64,000 nucleotides of DNA, from positions 7,135-71,134 of the forward strand of contig JBDRIV010000004.1 in the NCBI GenBank assembly GCA_043815505.1. Reading direction: 5' to 3'. Below the pieces are notes generated by a model, which saw only the letters and a program-made list of their open reading frames with translations, was not told the origin of the DNA and searched no databases. Source of the stretch: a bacterium. Lineage in GTDB: Bacteria; Patescibacteriota; JABMPQ01; JBDRIV01. Shown piece by piece: positions 29,953 to 39,889 of the stretch (positions within the stretch are counted from its first letter, which is position 1; the number at the start of each line of letters is the position of its first letter). Both the position numbers and the translations under genes were made by a program.

Positions 29953-30178
29953 TCTCTTTCTCCTGATTTGCCACACGACGATGGCAAAAGTTGTAGTTGC
30001 AGTCGTACTCGAACAAACTTAGTTTTGCACCTCCTTTCCACTTTTCCTTCAGTTGTAATGAACGTTATTTATTATATTTATTTTTAACAGCACCAGATGG
30101 TACTGTCCTGCCCTTTCTATATTCTTTTTAAACACTTCTTACTGCTTTCAGAAAGAGCTGGATAGTATCACCTATTTT

Positions 30179-31045
30179 TTATTTCCGAGCTTCAACCCAC
30201 ATCACATCACCTAAATTAATATTTACCGTCTTATTTTTTATTCTAAATAGCTTCAGAAATCTCTCAATAATTTTCCCAATCAACTGGCTATAATATTGTG
30301 AAATTCTATAATCAATTAAACCCAGTCTAACCTGGCGACCAACACTTTTCTTTTTACCAATTTCCATATTTTCTTCTTTAAGAATCTTTACTAATGATTT
30401 TTTATTGAACAAAATGAAGTGATCAATTATACACTGACGCCATTTTCTGCCTAAAATTTTAAACCACACTGATCCTGCATCGGGAGTTTCAATAAATATC
30501 ATTCCACCCGATTTCAGAAGTTTAAGTGCGTCTTTTATTACAGCTTTGGGATTTGGTAAATGTTCAACGGTATGAAACAGGGTTATTACATCAAAGCTCT
30601 CTTTGGCAAAATCAGAATCAGACAAAGTTCCTCTAACCACTTTTTGATTAAAGACATCTTTGGCAAATTCTGCTCCTGCTTTAGTTGGTTCAACACCGTA
30701 TGTTTCCCAACCTCTAATTTCTGCTAGCCAGAGAAATAATCCAGAATAACATCCAATATCTAGAATTCTCCCCTTCTCCGGAAAATGTTTTTCAATCTTT
30801 TCCAGTCGATCCAGAAAAGTTTTTTTACGCCAAGGAAATTCTGGGATTTGATCGGCGAAAAGTTTTTTAAACTTATCGCCATCTTCCTTCGTTTCAATTA
30901 AGTCCTCTATATTTCTAGGATTGGCATAATAAACTTTGCAATTTTTACAATGTACAATCCGACCGGCAGGTGAACTTTTTAATCTCACCTTAAAGTCAGA
31001 TGCATCACAAACAGGACAGTTAATTTTTTGTGCTTTAACTGACAT
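30179..31045 (-). CDS. Class I SAM-dependent methyltransferase with N-terminal Zn-ribbon
   Basis: CPVCDAS...CKNCKVYY four-Cys ribbon followed by ILDIGCYSGLF (MT motif I). The probable start is the ATG at 31045; the track starts it at a GTG at 31078. Confidence 0.7.
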   Translation of the reverse strand: MSVKAQKINCPVCDASDFKVRLKSSPAGRIVHCKNCKVYYANPRNIEDLIETKEDGDKFKKLFADQIPEFPWRKKTFLDRLEKIEKHFPEKGRILDIGCYSGLFLWLAEIRGWETYGVEPTKAGAEFAKDVFNQKVVRGTLSDSDFAKESFDVITLFHTVEHLPNPKAVIKDALKLLKSGGMIFIETPDAGSVWFKILGRKWRQCIIDHFILFNKKSLVKILKEENMEIGKKKSVGRQVRLGLIDYRISQYYSQLIGKIIERFLKLFRIKNKTVNINLGDVMWVEARK

Positions 31046-32036
31046 GAGCCTTGGCTTTATTCCAAGCTGCCCAAGCACTTACCTTCACAGGATGTTTTAG
31101 CATGGCAGTTCTAGCTGTACAAATCATCCAATCTTTATCATCAAAAGTTAAAAGCTTGTCTCGCATTTTATCTGCTTTAGCAGAATTCCAAATTTTAGCA
31201 AAACTTTCATCTTTAATATTTCCCATTTTTTCAGAAATAACATTTGAGGGATAAACGAAACCAAGTGGATCCAGAAAGAAAAAATCACCCATAGCTAATG
31301 AAGGAAGTTTTCTTGGCTGATCTTCTAATACGTTATATAGCCCGTCAATAAAATATGCTCTCGCCCATCTTTTCTTGTTCATGGAACGAAGCTCATTTTT
31401 CTTAACATATTCAAATTCTTTTTTGAATTGGTCCAGACGTGCTAACTTTTCGTTTTGCTTCTTGAAATAATGCTCGGAAGACTGTACAACTGCACAGGTA
31501 AATTCTATTCCTTCTTTTACTGCCAGATCATACACCTTACAGAAATGCGCTATGTTTTTGTCTTGCGCAGTAAAAGCGAAACGAATATTTTTTAAACCAA
31601 GTGATTTAACTTCTTGCAAAGTTTTCATTACTTTTTCGTAGCCTCCGGGGACGCCACGAATTTCGTCATGCATTTTGCCAATTCCATCCAGAGAAAAAGC
31701 TATACCAATTTGGGGAACAGTTTTCATGAATCTTTCCATTTGGCGCTTTATCAGTTCTGGTGTAAATCCATTTGTAGAAATTACAATTTCAGGTCCATTA
31801 CAACGTTCGTTGATGGCTTCAATTATTTCTACAATGTCTTGACGCATAAAGGGCTCACCGCCAGAAATGTTGACATATTTCAACGTTTTCGGTAGTTTCT
31901 TGTATTCCTTAGGTTCCATTGTGCCTTTAGTCTGGTCTTTCCAGATATTACACATAGAACACTTCGAATTACACTGGTAAGTAATGGCCAGCACAGCGTC
32001 AATCGGATATGGAGTTTTTGGCTTATTTTTAGACAT
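31035..32036 (-). CDS. Radical SAM enzyme
   Basis: CNSKCSMC (CX3CX2C) near the N-terminus and the GGEPF motif. There is no C-terminal Cys cluster, so it is not a SPASM type. It overlaps the downstream MT by about 11 nt. Confidence 0.75.
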   Translation of the reverse strand: MSKNKPKTPYPIDAVLAITYQCNSKCSMCNIWKDQTKGTMEPKEYKKLPKTLKYVNISGGEPFMRQDIVEIIEAINERCNGPEIVISTNGFTPELIKRQMERFMKTVPQIGIAFSLDGIGKMHDEIRGVPGGYEKVMKTLQEVKSLGLKNIRFAFTAQDKNIAHFCKVYDLAVKEGIEFTCAVVQSSEHYFKKQNEKLARLDQFKKEFEYVKKNELRSMNKKRWARAYFIDGLYNVLEDQPRKLPSLAMGDFFFLDPLGFVYPSNVISEKMGNIKDESFAKIWNSAKADKMRDKLLTFDDKDWMICTARTAMLKHPVKVSAWAAWNKAKAHVS

Positions 32037-32069
32037 AAATCAGTTCTACTTGTTTAATCACTAAAAACA

Positions 32070-33188
32070 TTACATAATACTATAATGTTTTATTCTTGTC
32101 AAGTCTGCTGTTAACTTAGGGTTATTTAAATTTTTCAACAGATAAGCTAAATATTTAGCATTAGCCTTAATATCATTGTTTTGCATTGCATATTCTCTTC
32201 CTTTTTTCCCTATTTCATTTCTTAAGTTCTTGCTTTCTAGAAGCTTTTTAAAAGCTTGAACCCATTCCTCTTTTTTATCCGCCAAAATTCCCGTATCATT
32301 TCTGGCAAAATCAATATTCATGCCAACTGGGGAAGCTACAAAAGGAACTCCGGCCGCCATATACTGAACTAGTTTAAAACCACTCTTTCCTCTTTCCCAC
32401 TCATTGTCATGAAGTGGCATTACACCAATATCAAATTTTAATAACTCTTCAATTTCATTTTCTTTTGACCAGGGAATAATTTTAGTTTTAACATTTCCTA
32501 AAATATCTTGAGGTGTACTTTTCGGACCAATAATATGAAAAGTAAATTTAATTTCTTTAGATAATTCATCGAGCGCTGGTTTTATAATTTCTAAATATTT
32601 TAATCCTGGTTCTGAACCTATCCAACCAATAACATATTGGTTTTTCTGCTCATGATATTTTGTTGGATATTCATCAACATTAACACTATCAAAATATAAA
32701 CAAGTATTTTTAGAATATTTATCAGCATAATTTTTTAAATGTTTTGAACCTACTAATGTAAGTTTTGACATTTCTATTAAATTACCTAACTTATCTTCAC
32801 CTTTTAGGGGACGCCAATCCTTTAGATGTTCGGGGAAAGTGTAAACGGCGTCGTCAAAATCTAGGACAACATTTTTGTTTACTAGTTTAATAAATTTTTC
32901 AATCCAATCTTTACCAATAGGAAAACCTTCTTTCTGAATTATTACCACTTTTACAAAAGGGGCCACAAATAGAATTGTCAGCAACCTCAATTTTAACCCC
33001 CAAAGCAAATATATTGTCTTGCGAATTCTTTTGCCCTTAACATTTTTATTTGTAAATAGCCATTTAGAAAATATTGAATGATGAATCAAATTAACATCAT
33101 GTTTATTCAACTCATTTTTGAGCAATAAAAATCTTACCCTAGCACACGGTTCTTCGTATGGATAAGTTGTTAGGAGTAAACATTTCAT
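32070..33188 (-). CDS. Glycosyltransferase (GT-B fold, GT1/GT4-like)
   Basis: A 372-aa protein between GT4 genes. Its C-terminal region resembles a GT-B nucleotide-binding half. The call rests on weak motif evidence. Confidence 0.45.
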   Translation of the reverse strand: MKCLLLTTYPYEEPCARVRFLLLKNELNKHDVNLIHHSIFSKWLFTNKNVKGKRIRKTIYLLWGLKLRLLTILFVAPFVKVVIIQKEGFPIGKDWIEKFIKLVNKNVVLDFDDAVYTFPEHLKDWRPLKGEDKLGNLIEMSKLTLVGSKHLKNYADKYSKNTCLYFDSVNVDEYPTKYHEQKNQYVIGWIGSEPGLKYLEIIKPALDELSKEIKFTFHIIGPKSTPQDILGNVKTKIIPWSKENEIEELLKFDIGVMPLHDNEWERGKSGFKLVQYMAAGVPFVASPVGMNIDFARNDTGILADKKEEWVQAFKKLLESKNLRNEIGKKGREYAMQNNDIKANAKYLAYLLKNLNNPKLTADLTRIKHYSIM

Positions 33189-34366
33189 TGGACTTTTTCC
33201 TTTACTTCCTTTTTAATTGTAGTTTCACGAAAATAATTTATCTCTTCGTCAAGACGGAGTTTTTCAATTATATTTTCAAATTGATTAGCTCTTTTTAACC
33301 AAGTATTTTCATAAGCAAATCTCATGCGTTGTTCTTTTCTGCCATGATTATCAGTAATTGCCAAGCGTACGGTTTTAGCAAAATCTGCCACAATTTCTGC
33401 TTGATAAAGATGTCCCTCAAATTCATTTTTCAAATCTAAATTGAAACTAACTACTGGTTTTCCTAACAATAAATATTCGTATATTTTTAAAGGATTGCTG
33501 GAACGATTAAATAAATTGTCTTTATATGGCAAAAATCCAACATCAAAAGAATCGATTATGGATCCTAAGCTCTCTTTGGGTTGAGCCGGATAAAAGAAAA
33601 CATTTGAATAATTTAATTGCTGCTGTAATTTCGTTTCGGTATTACCAACAAAAACAAAGGAAAAATGTTTGTTGTCAGCAATTACCTTCTCCAGCATTTC
33701 TTTGTCAATTCTTTCGTTCACTGTCCCCTGAAATCCGATAATAGGTTTGGGTAATTGTTTTAAATCGTAAATAATATTTTTATTTACTTTGCTAAAACTT
33801 TCTGGATTACAAGCATTGCGGAATAAAAATGTTTTGGGATTATACAAACTGGCTTTTTCGGCTAAAGCATTTGAGCAGGCCAAGACCGCGTCAACATTTT
33901 TAGCCATAGCTACTTGTTGCCAAGAAATATGTTTCCCATTTCTTTCTGGCATAGCAGCATAATCATCAGTCCAGTGCCAAAAATTTGTTGGATATTTAAA
34001 TTTAAGCGGAATTTTGTAATCTGCAGGGTTAGTAAATATTATCACATCTAGACTGGCATCAGAATTCTTTCTAATCGCTCTTTCAATTAGAATCTCATGA
34101 ATTTTTGCTGTCGCTTTAAATCTGTGCCAAGGAAAAAAACCAAAAACATTAATAATTTTAAGATTTTCATTTACTTGTATTTTTCTGGAAAGTAAATACT
34201 TCCATCTTTTCATATTTTTTAAAGCTGACAAAATATGCCAAGAAGGATTAATATAAGTAACCTGATGATCCTTAGACAATTCTAAGGTTAGTTCTTGTTT
34301 AGAGAACTTAGTTTCTGGCCAAAATACATTGGAAACATATACGATTTTAAGTGGTAGCTTGCTCAT
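33185..34366 (-). CDS. Glycosyltransferase family 4-like
   Basis: GT-B pattern. The likely start is the internal Met (MSKLPLKIVYV); the track start at 34432 overlaps the upstream gene by 86 nt. Confidence 0.6.
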   Translation of the reverse strand: MSKLPLKIVYVSNVFWPETKFSKQELTLELSKDHQVTYINPSWHILSALKNMKRWKYLLSRKIQVNENLKIINVFGFFPWHRFKATAKIHEILIERAIRKNSDASLDVIIFTNPADYKIPLKFKYPTNFWHWTDDYAAMPERNGKHISWQQVAMAKNVDAVLACSNALAEKASLYNPKTFLFRNACNPESFSKVNKNIIYDLKQLPKPIIGFQGTVNERIDKEMLEKVIADNKHFSFVFVGNTETKLQQQLNYSNVFFYPAQPKESLGSIIDSFDVGFLPYKDNLFNRSSNPLKIYEYLLLGKPVVSFNLDLKNEFEGHLYQAEIVADFAKTVRLAITDNHGRKEQRMRFAYENTWLKRANQFENIIEKLRLDEEINYFRETTIKKEVKEKVQ

Positions 34367-35798
34367 GGTTTGATTTATAATATAAATATTCGGTAATTCC
34401 GAAAATAATTCCCAGTAACAACGTAGCAGCATAGTTGGTTAGCATCACAGTTGATAATCCAAATGTTAGAAAACCTAATAAACTGGCAATTAAGGCACTG
34501 GCAATCATTAAACTTTTAGCATCAAGTTTTCTTTTGAAAACTACTACTAAAAGTTTCCAACCATAATAAAGAAAGAAAGCTAGCATGGCTAGTAATCCCG
34601 GCACACCGGCTTTGTAAGCAATCATTAAATAGGAATTATCAATATATGGTAGATCATAAAACTGATTGCGATATTCAATTCGCACCGGTTGTCCTAAGCC
34701 GACACCAAAAACAGGATTTTCTTTTGTTTCCTCAATAATTTGTGGTGTAACAGAAACCCTAAAACGATATGACGCATCATCAGCATAATTAATATTAGTA
34801 AGAGTTTTAACGCGTTCTAATGTTTGACCGTACAATTTTGAATCTCTAACCCAAGGAATGCTTATTAGCAAGGTGACTATAATTAGAATTAGGGCTAAAC
34901 TTTTTAAAACTGTTTGCCATTTCATCTGTTTCTGCCAAACACTTAAAACTAAAAATATAATTCCACAAGCAACCAGTACCGCCCACAAGGTTCTGGTTTG
35001 AGAAAGAATTACACCTAAAGTAATGGCTAGTAAACTTAGTAAATACATAATTTTTAAGCTTGGTTTAGTCTCATATTTGATAAAAACAATTGATAACAAC
35101 CACGGTAAAAAGAAAAAACTGGTGTTGCGAAAATTAAATCTTAGTTCCTGAAAAAGACCAGGAAAACTTAGACCCATTAATCCCACCACAAAACTTTCTA
35201 TATAAGATAAAGCAAAAAAGAGAATAGAAAAACCAGCTGCTCCAAAAATGAAAGCGGACAAAAGTTTGTCTCTATCCTCATTACTTTTAAGTGATGTAAT
35301 AACCGGCAGAATTACTAAGTAATACGAGAAAGATCTGATGTCGTTCATAAAATCTGTCAACGCTGAACCGTTTAAAATTCCGTGATACGAAGCCACGGCT
35401 AACCATAAAATTAGAGGAGCACTTATTAGAATTGTACCTGTGACATATGATCGCCACTTTTCTGAACCTATTAACAGTTTAAAAAGCCAGACTCCCAAAA
35501 TTACTAACAATACCAATTCAATATATCTGATGTTAAATCCTAAAAGATTGATAGAAAAATATGACCAAGCACCAACACCTTCGGGAATAAGTAAAACTAA
35601 AGCTGCTAAAACCCCGAGCGCGGTCGGCAAATTCTTCCAAGCCAAATAGATTAGGCCTGAAACTGCTATAATTCCAAAAACTGCCATCGCTCCAGAATAA
35701 GCCACCATTCCAGACGCTAATAATATTAAAAGAGCACCTCCGATTAACGCGAGAAGTGAAATATCAGGAAATATTTTTTTGACTTGCGCTTGTTCCAT
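34347..35798 (-). CDS. O-antigen ligase / polymerase-like (Wzy_C family) polytopic membrane protein
   Basis: About 11-12 TM helices with a larger extracytoplasmic loop near the C-terminal third, the Wzy/WaaL topology. It lies adjacent to the Wzz-like gene and the GTs. Confidence 0.55.
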   Translation of the reverse strand: MEQAQVKKIFPDISLLALIGGALLILLASGMVAYSGAMAVFGIIAVSGLIYLAWKNLPTALGVLAALVLLIPEGVGAWSYFSINLLGFNIRYIELVLLVILGVWLFKLLIGSEKWRSYVTGTILISAPLILWLAVASYHGILNGSALTDFMNDIRSFSYYLVILPVITSLKSNEDRDKLLSAFIFGAAGFSILFFALSYIESFVVGLMGLSFPGLFQELRFNFRNTSFFFLPWLLSIVFIKYETKPSLKIMYLLSLLAITLGVILSQTRTLWAVLVACGIIFLVLSVWQKQMKWQTVLKSLALILIIVTLLISIPWVRDSKLYGQTLERVKTLTNINYADDASYRFRVSVTPQIIEETKENPVFGVGLGQPVRIEYRNQFYDLPYIDNSYLMIAYKAGVPGLLAMLAFFLYYGWKLLVVVFKRKLDAKSLMIASALIASLLGFLTFGLSTVMLTNYAATLLLGIIFGITEYLYYKSNHEQATT

Positions 35799-36943
35799 TA
35801 TGTTTTTAATTGATTAATCATTACTGGTTCCATAATATTTTCTGATGAAACTTTTGCCAATTCAGAAATACCTTCTTTAACAGATTTAATTATATAAGAA
35901 ACGTCTTTGTCTGAAAGTTTGTCATGAACTGGCAAGGTAATTAAATTTTGCCAAATTTTGTCAGCCACGGGATATTTGGTCGGATCATCTTGAAAATAGG
36001 TATGTAAATGTAAGGGTTTGTAATGCACAGAAACATGAATTCCCTTATTTGTTAGAAACTCAACTAAAGCATTTCTATTAGTCACTCTGGCAATATAATA
36101 TTGAACCGTTTCCGAATAAACAGGTTTTTTTATAAAACCATTTAGTTCAGCATCATAGCGAGCAGCGATAACACGACGTTTGGCATTTTTTTTGTCCAAT
36201 TTTTTCAATTGTTCTAGTGCAATAGCGGCCGGAATATCAGTCATATAATATTTATAACCAAGCGAATCAATGTCGTACTCCCAGGCATAGTTCCCTTTTC
36301 TAATTCGTTCGTAGGTACTTTCCTTTACTCCGTACCAAATCATAGCTTTAATTTTTTCGTACAACTTTTTATTATAAGTCGTTATCATGCCACCATCACC
36401 AGCGGGCAAATTTTTTATAGCTTGAAATGACCAACAGGCCAAATCTCCATCTTGTCCAGCACCTTTAGACAAACAAGCATGAGCACAATCTTCAATTACA
36501 GGGCCTGCAAATTTTTCCTTAATCGCTTTTATATTGGCAACAACTCCCGCATTATGAACAGCAATTACTGCTTTAGTATTTTTTGTAATTGGCAATTTTT
36601 CAGGATCAAGACATAAAGAATCTGGTTCAATATCTGCTAGTACTGTCTGACAATTATTAATCTTAGGTGCCATAGCAGTCGCCACAAAAGTCATGGTCGG
36701 AACGATAACCTCATCTTTATCACTTCCACCAGTAACAGCACCTATATTTAAAGCTTTTAAGGCTAAATCAAGAGCAGCACTGCAAGATGTTACAGCCACA
36801 GTATAAGGAACACTAATATAATCGGCGAATTTCTTTTCGAATTCTTCGACTTCTTGCCCTTTCCCCCACCATCCAGATTTGATAATCTTAGCCAAGGCCT
36901 TAATTTCTGCGCGCCCACCAACGGGACGCTGATTTGGAATCAT
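35798..36943 (-). CDS. DegT/DnrJ/EryC1/StrS-family PLP-dependent sugar aminotransferase
   Basis: The N-terminal region and the overall 381-aa size match ArnB/WecE/PglE-type aminotransferases (SGWWGKGQEVEEFEKKFADYI...AVTSCSAALDLAL). Confidence 0.85.
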   Translation of the reverse strand: MIPNQRPVGGRAEIKALAKIIKSGWWGKGQEVEEFEKKFADYISVPYTVAVTSCSAALDLALKALNIGAVTGGSDKDEVIVPTMTFVATAMAPKINNCQTVLADIEPDSLCLDPEKLPITKNTKAVIAVHNAGVVANIKAIKEKFAGPVIEDCAHACLSKGAGQDGDLACWSFQAIKNLPAGDGGMITTYNKKLYEKIKAMIWYGVKESTYERIRKGNYAWEYDIDSLGYKYYMTDIPAAIALEQLKKLDKKNAKRRVIAARYDAELNGFIKKPVYSETVQYYIARVTNRNALVEFLTNKGIHVSVHYKPLHLHTYFQDDPTKYPVADKIWQNLITLPVHDKLSDKDVSYIIKSVKEGISELAKVSSENIMEPVMINQLKT

Positions 36944-36952
36944 AAACTTGAA

Positions 36953-37831
36953 TTATCTAAGATTATTAAAATAATCTTCTGGGTTGGGTGTTTGTTTTAA
37001 GGTTTCAGGTTGAGAATTTTCTGTTTCCTGAATTTTTAATTTATCTAAACTTTCGTCTTGAGAATCGTTGTTTTCATTAAAATAATTTTCTTCTTCAAAT
37101 TCGGTATTGCCAGGTTCGGGCGAATCGTCTGCTCGACCTTCATAATCTTCATTTACTTGATCATTGCTTTCTAATATCTCTTCTTTACCTTCATCATTTA
37201 CTTTTACCGTCACGGCATCAATATCTTTTCTAAAACCAATGGCAATAATAATTACCACAGAGAAAATAATTCCCAACAGTAGAGCACTAAAAGTGTTGGT
37301 AGCAATAGCTGGTTTAACTGGATTTTCCGAAGTGGTTGGCACGTTAACCATTTTGATCGTTACCGCATCTCCACCACCATGATAAATGTCGCCTTCATAA
37401 GTTAAAACTGAAGCAACGGCGCGAGCAATTTTTTCAGATTGATTAGGATCGGGATTGTAAACTGCTAATTTCATTATTCCCGATTTGTCAGATAAATTAG
37501 CATCTATGGTTTCGTCCCATTGTTTTTGACGTTCAATCGGATCACTTGAATAAGTATTGGCAATATCATATTTTGAATCCATTACCCGCTCAAAAAATGA
37601 GCTGGTATGAACCATATTGGTTAAAAGTGACGCTATAGTTTCGGCTGATCTAGTTGCAGTGTAGGCATCCATCGAACCCTCTTGTTCTTGAATAACAAGC
37701 ATGGTTACTTCTGACTTATATTCAGGTGTTTGAACAGCACTAAAAATAAACGTTAAAACTGTTAACGTTGTTATAAACAAGGCCAAATATGGCCAAATCT
37801 TTTTTAGGATATTGATGTAATTGTTGGGCAT
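36953..37831 (-). CDS. Wzz-like polysaccharide co-polymerase (chain-length determinant), short periplasmic domain
   Basis: An N-terminal TM helix is followed by the Wzz signature TPEYKSEVTMLV (P-x-Y-x-[AS]-x-x-x-L-V). A second TM helix lies near the C-terminus, followed by an acidic cytoplasmic tail. Confidence 0.5.
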   Translation of the reverse strand: MPNNYINILKKIWPYLALFITTLTVLTFIFSAVQTPEYKSEVTMLVIQEQEGSMDAYTATRSAETIASLLTNMVHTSSFFERVMDSKYDIANTYSSDPIERQKQWDETIDANLSDKSGIMKLAVYNPDPNQSEKIARAVASVLTYEGDIYHGGGDAVTIKMVNVPTTSENPVKPAIATNTFSALLLGIIFSVVIIIAIGFRKDIDAVTVKVNDEGKEEILESNDQVNEDYEGRADDSPEPGNTEFEEENYFNENNDSQDESLDKLKIQETENSQPETLKQTPNPEDYFNNLR

Positions 37832-37858
37832 AAAAATACTATATTCTTAAAACAATAG

Positions 37859-37887
37859 AATATAGCACATACCTTTTTTATTGTCAA
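37859..37887 (-). promoter_or_regulatory. Sigma70-type promoter for the Wzz-like/aminotransferase/Wzy operon, overlapped by a 9-bp perfect palindrome
   Basis: The minus strand carries TTGACA (37887..37882), a 17-nt spacer, and TATATT (37864..37859). The palindrome CTATATTCT-N9-AGAATATAG (37839..37865) overlaps the -10 element and the TSS. Confidence 0.4.
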
Positions 37888-37914
37888 TAGAATTAATTGA
37901 TTGGCCTATTTTTA

Positions 37915-39078
37915 CTACTGTTCAGCCAGAACTATTTTTAGTGAAAAATTATTATCTTCTCTAATCACTTTTAGTATTACTTCATCTTGAGGATCAAAGT
38001 TTTGCATAATTTTGGAAAATGATGATGTTTTTCCAATCTCATAATCATCAATTTGCGTTATTATATCACCCGATCGCAGTTTGGCTTCAGCGGCAGGTGA
38101 ATCTTCTACCACAGCCGATATGCGGACATCATCAGAGTAAATGAGAATTCCATGATCAGAGGGCAAATCATTTAGTGAAGCAAATTCAGGAGTTAAAGGA
38201 ATGTATCTAATTCCTAAAAATGGTCTCAGTATTTTGCCACCAGCAATAACACTGTCAATAGCTTTTTTGGCATCGTCAATTGGCAAAGCGAAACCAATAA
38301 GCTGACCCGAACTATCTACAGCAGTATTTATACCAACAACGCGACCAGATAAATCAAGTAGCGGTCCGCCCGAATTGCCGGGATTAATAGAAGCATCAGT
38401 TTGAATAACTCCTTCTAGTTGCTCACTTTGCGAGGCAAATGAACCACCGGCGTATATATTTCTGTCTAAACCACTAACAATGCCTTTGGTTACAGTGTTT
38501 TGATAATTACCCAAGGCATTACCAATCGCTACTACAGTTTGTCCAACTTCCAAAGCAGAAGAGTTTCCTAATTCTAAAACTGGTAAAGTAGAGGCTTCAA
38601 TTTCTAAAAAAGCTAAATCATTAATCGTATCTCTTATTACCTTGGTGACTGTAAACTTTTTCCCGGCACTGGTAATTACTGTATAGGTTGCATCAGTAGC
38701 GGAAACAACATGACGGTTGGTTAAAATTAAACCATCACTGGTAATGATAAATCCCGTTCCACTTGCCTGTTGATTAATAGTTTGCCCAAAAATATTTGTA
38801 CTTTGAATATCAGCCATAATACTAACAACCGAGGAACTGGCTTCTTTAATTATATCTGTTACCGCTTCATTAATTTCGACATTTATAACTTCTTCACTCG
38901 TAGCATTGTTGTTGTTCGTTTCAGTATTTGTTTTAGAACTAAAGTAACGATCGGTAACAAAACCTCCTAAAGCGCCAGCTACTAAAGAAATTATAATTAG
39001 TAAAACTAGATATCGACCTTTTCTTTTTGGCGATTTCTTCATTTTTATTGTTTCTGTTTCCATATTTATATTGTCCAT
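37915..39078 (-). CDS. HtrA/DegP-family serine protease with PDZ domain
   Basis: Catalytic motifs TNRHVV and GNSGGPL, a C-terminal PDZ domain, and an N-terminal TM anchor. Confidence 0.8.
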   Translation of the reverse strand: MDNINMETETIKMKKSPKRKGRYLVLLIIISLVAGALGGFVTDRYFSSKTNTETNNNNATSEEVINVEINEAVTDIIKEASSSVVSIMADIQSTNIFGQTINQQASGTGFIITSDGLILTNRHVVSATDATYTVITSAGKKFTVTKVIRDTINDLAFLEIEASTLPVLELGNSSALEVGQTVVAIGNALGNYQNTVTKGIVSGLDRNIYAGGSFASQSEQLEGVIQTDASINPGNSGGPLLDLSGRVVGINTAVDSSGQLIGFALPIDDAKKAIDSVIAGGKILRPFLGIRYIPLTPEFASLNDLPSDHGILIYSDDVRISAVVEDSPAAEAKLRSGDIITQIDDYEIGKTSSFSKIMQNFDPQDEVILKVIREDNNFSLKIVLAEQ

Positions 39079-39848
39079 TGTGAAGTACTGATTGTTATTA
39101 TAACAGCTATTAAGCTTATTGTTAGAGTCCTAATTATAGCTGCTCGATTCAAAGTATAAGTTAAACTTTGAGCCATGATTTGGGACAAGGCAAAGTAAAC
39201 TGTCAGAATTGTAAAGGCAATGGCTAAATTAGTTATTGGCCAAAACATTATTACCCAACCAACTTCGGCTATAAGAAATCCGATAATCACAACCTCTTTC
39301 CACCACTCTCTTTTCATCACATCATAAATCCATAAGCGTTCATAAAATAAGGCAGCGGAAATAAGAAATAACGGCAACATGATAGACCATGGTGGTAAAT
39401 CCAAAAATATTCTAAAGCTATAAATGGCACTTACAAAAAAGAAGAATGTAAATAAAATGAAAATTTCAAAATATTTTCCGTAATATTCTTTTTGTTTTCC
39501 TTCACTTGTCGTCATCATATTATTGATAACAAACAACATCCAACCATAGATTAAGCTGGCAATAACTAAGAAAATGTGAGCAATCATTTCATTTCTTAAC
39601 AAGGCCACAAAACTTCCTAAACTTATAATGTAAAGGATGGGAAGGATAAAATTCTTTAGCTTCTCTTTTTGACGAAGGTGAGGTTTGATAATTCCGAGTA
39701 ACATTATACTCGTTAAAAGAATAATGGCAGCAAAAATTGCTATAAAACTTCTAGGATTACGCAATACATATTCAGTTCCCGCTAAAAGAATTAGCGGACT
39801 GAAGAAAACAAATATTTTATTGGGGTCAAATTTCATGTTATCAGACAA
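39066..39848 (-). CDS. Polytopic membrane protein, unknown function
   Basis: A 260-aa protein with about 7 hydrophobic helices. It overlaps the HtrA start by 13 nt. Confidence 0.5.
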   Translation of the reverse strand: MSDNMKFDPNKIFVFFSPLILLAGTEYVLRNPRSFIAIFAAIILLTSIMLLGIIKPHLRQKEKLKNFILPILYIISLGSFVALLRNEMIAHIFLVIASLIYGWMLFVINNMMTTSEGKQKEYYGKYFEIFILFTFFFFVSAIYSFRIFLDLPPWSIMLPLFLISAALFYERLWIYDVMKREWWKEVVIIGFLIAEVGWVIMFWPITNLAIAFTILTVYFALSQIMAQSLTYTLNRAAIIRTLTISLIAVIITISTSQWTI

Positions 39849-39889
39849 AAAACACCCCTGGAGGGAATGTTTTCTGCTTCAAATATAAA

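Noticed and set aside
29977-30178. GGAGG-like sequence at 30031..30035 (minus) as an RBS for a longer version of the high-GC gene
   Set aside because: It lies 55 nt upstream of the longest in-frame start. The ATG at 29952 with AGGAGA 7 nt upstream and a signal peptide immediately after is a much better start.
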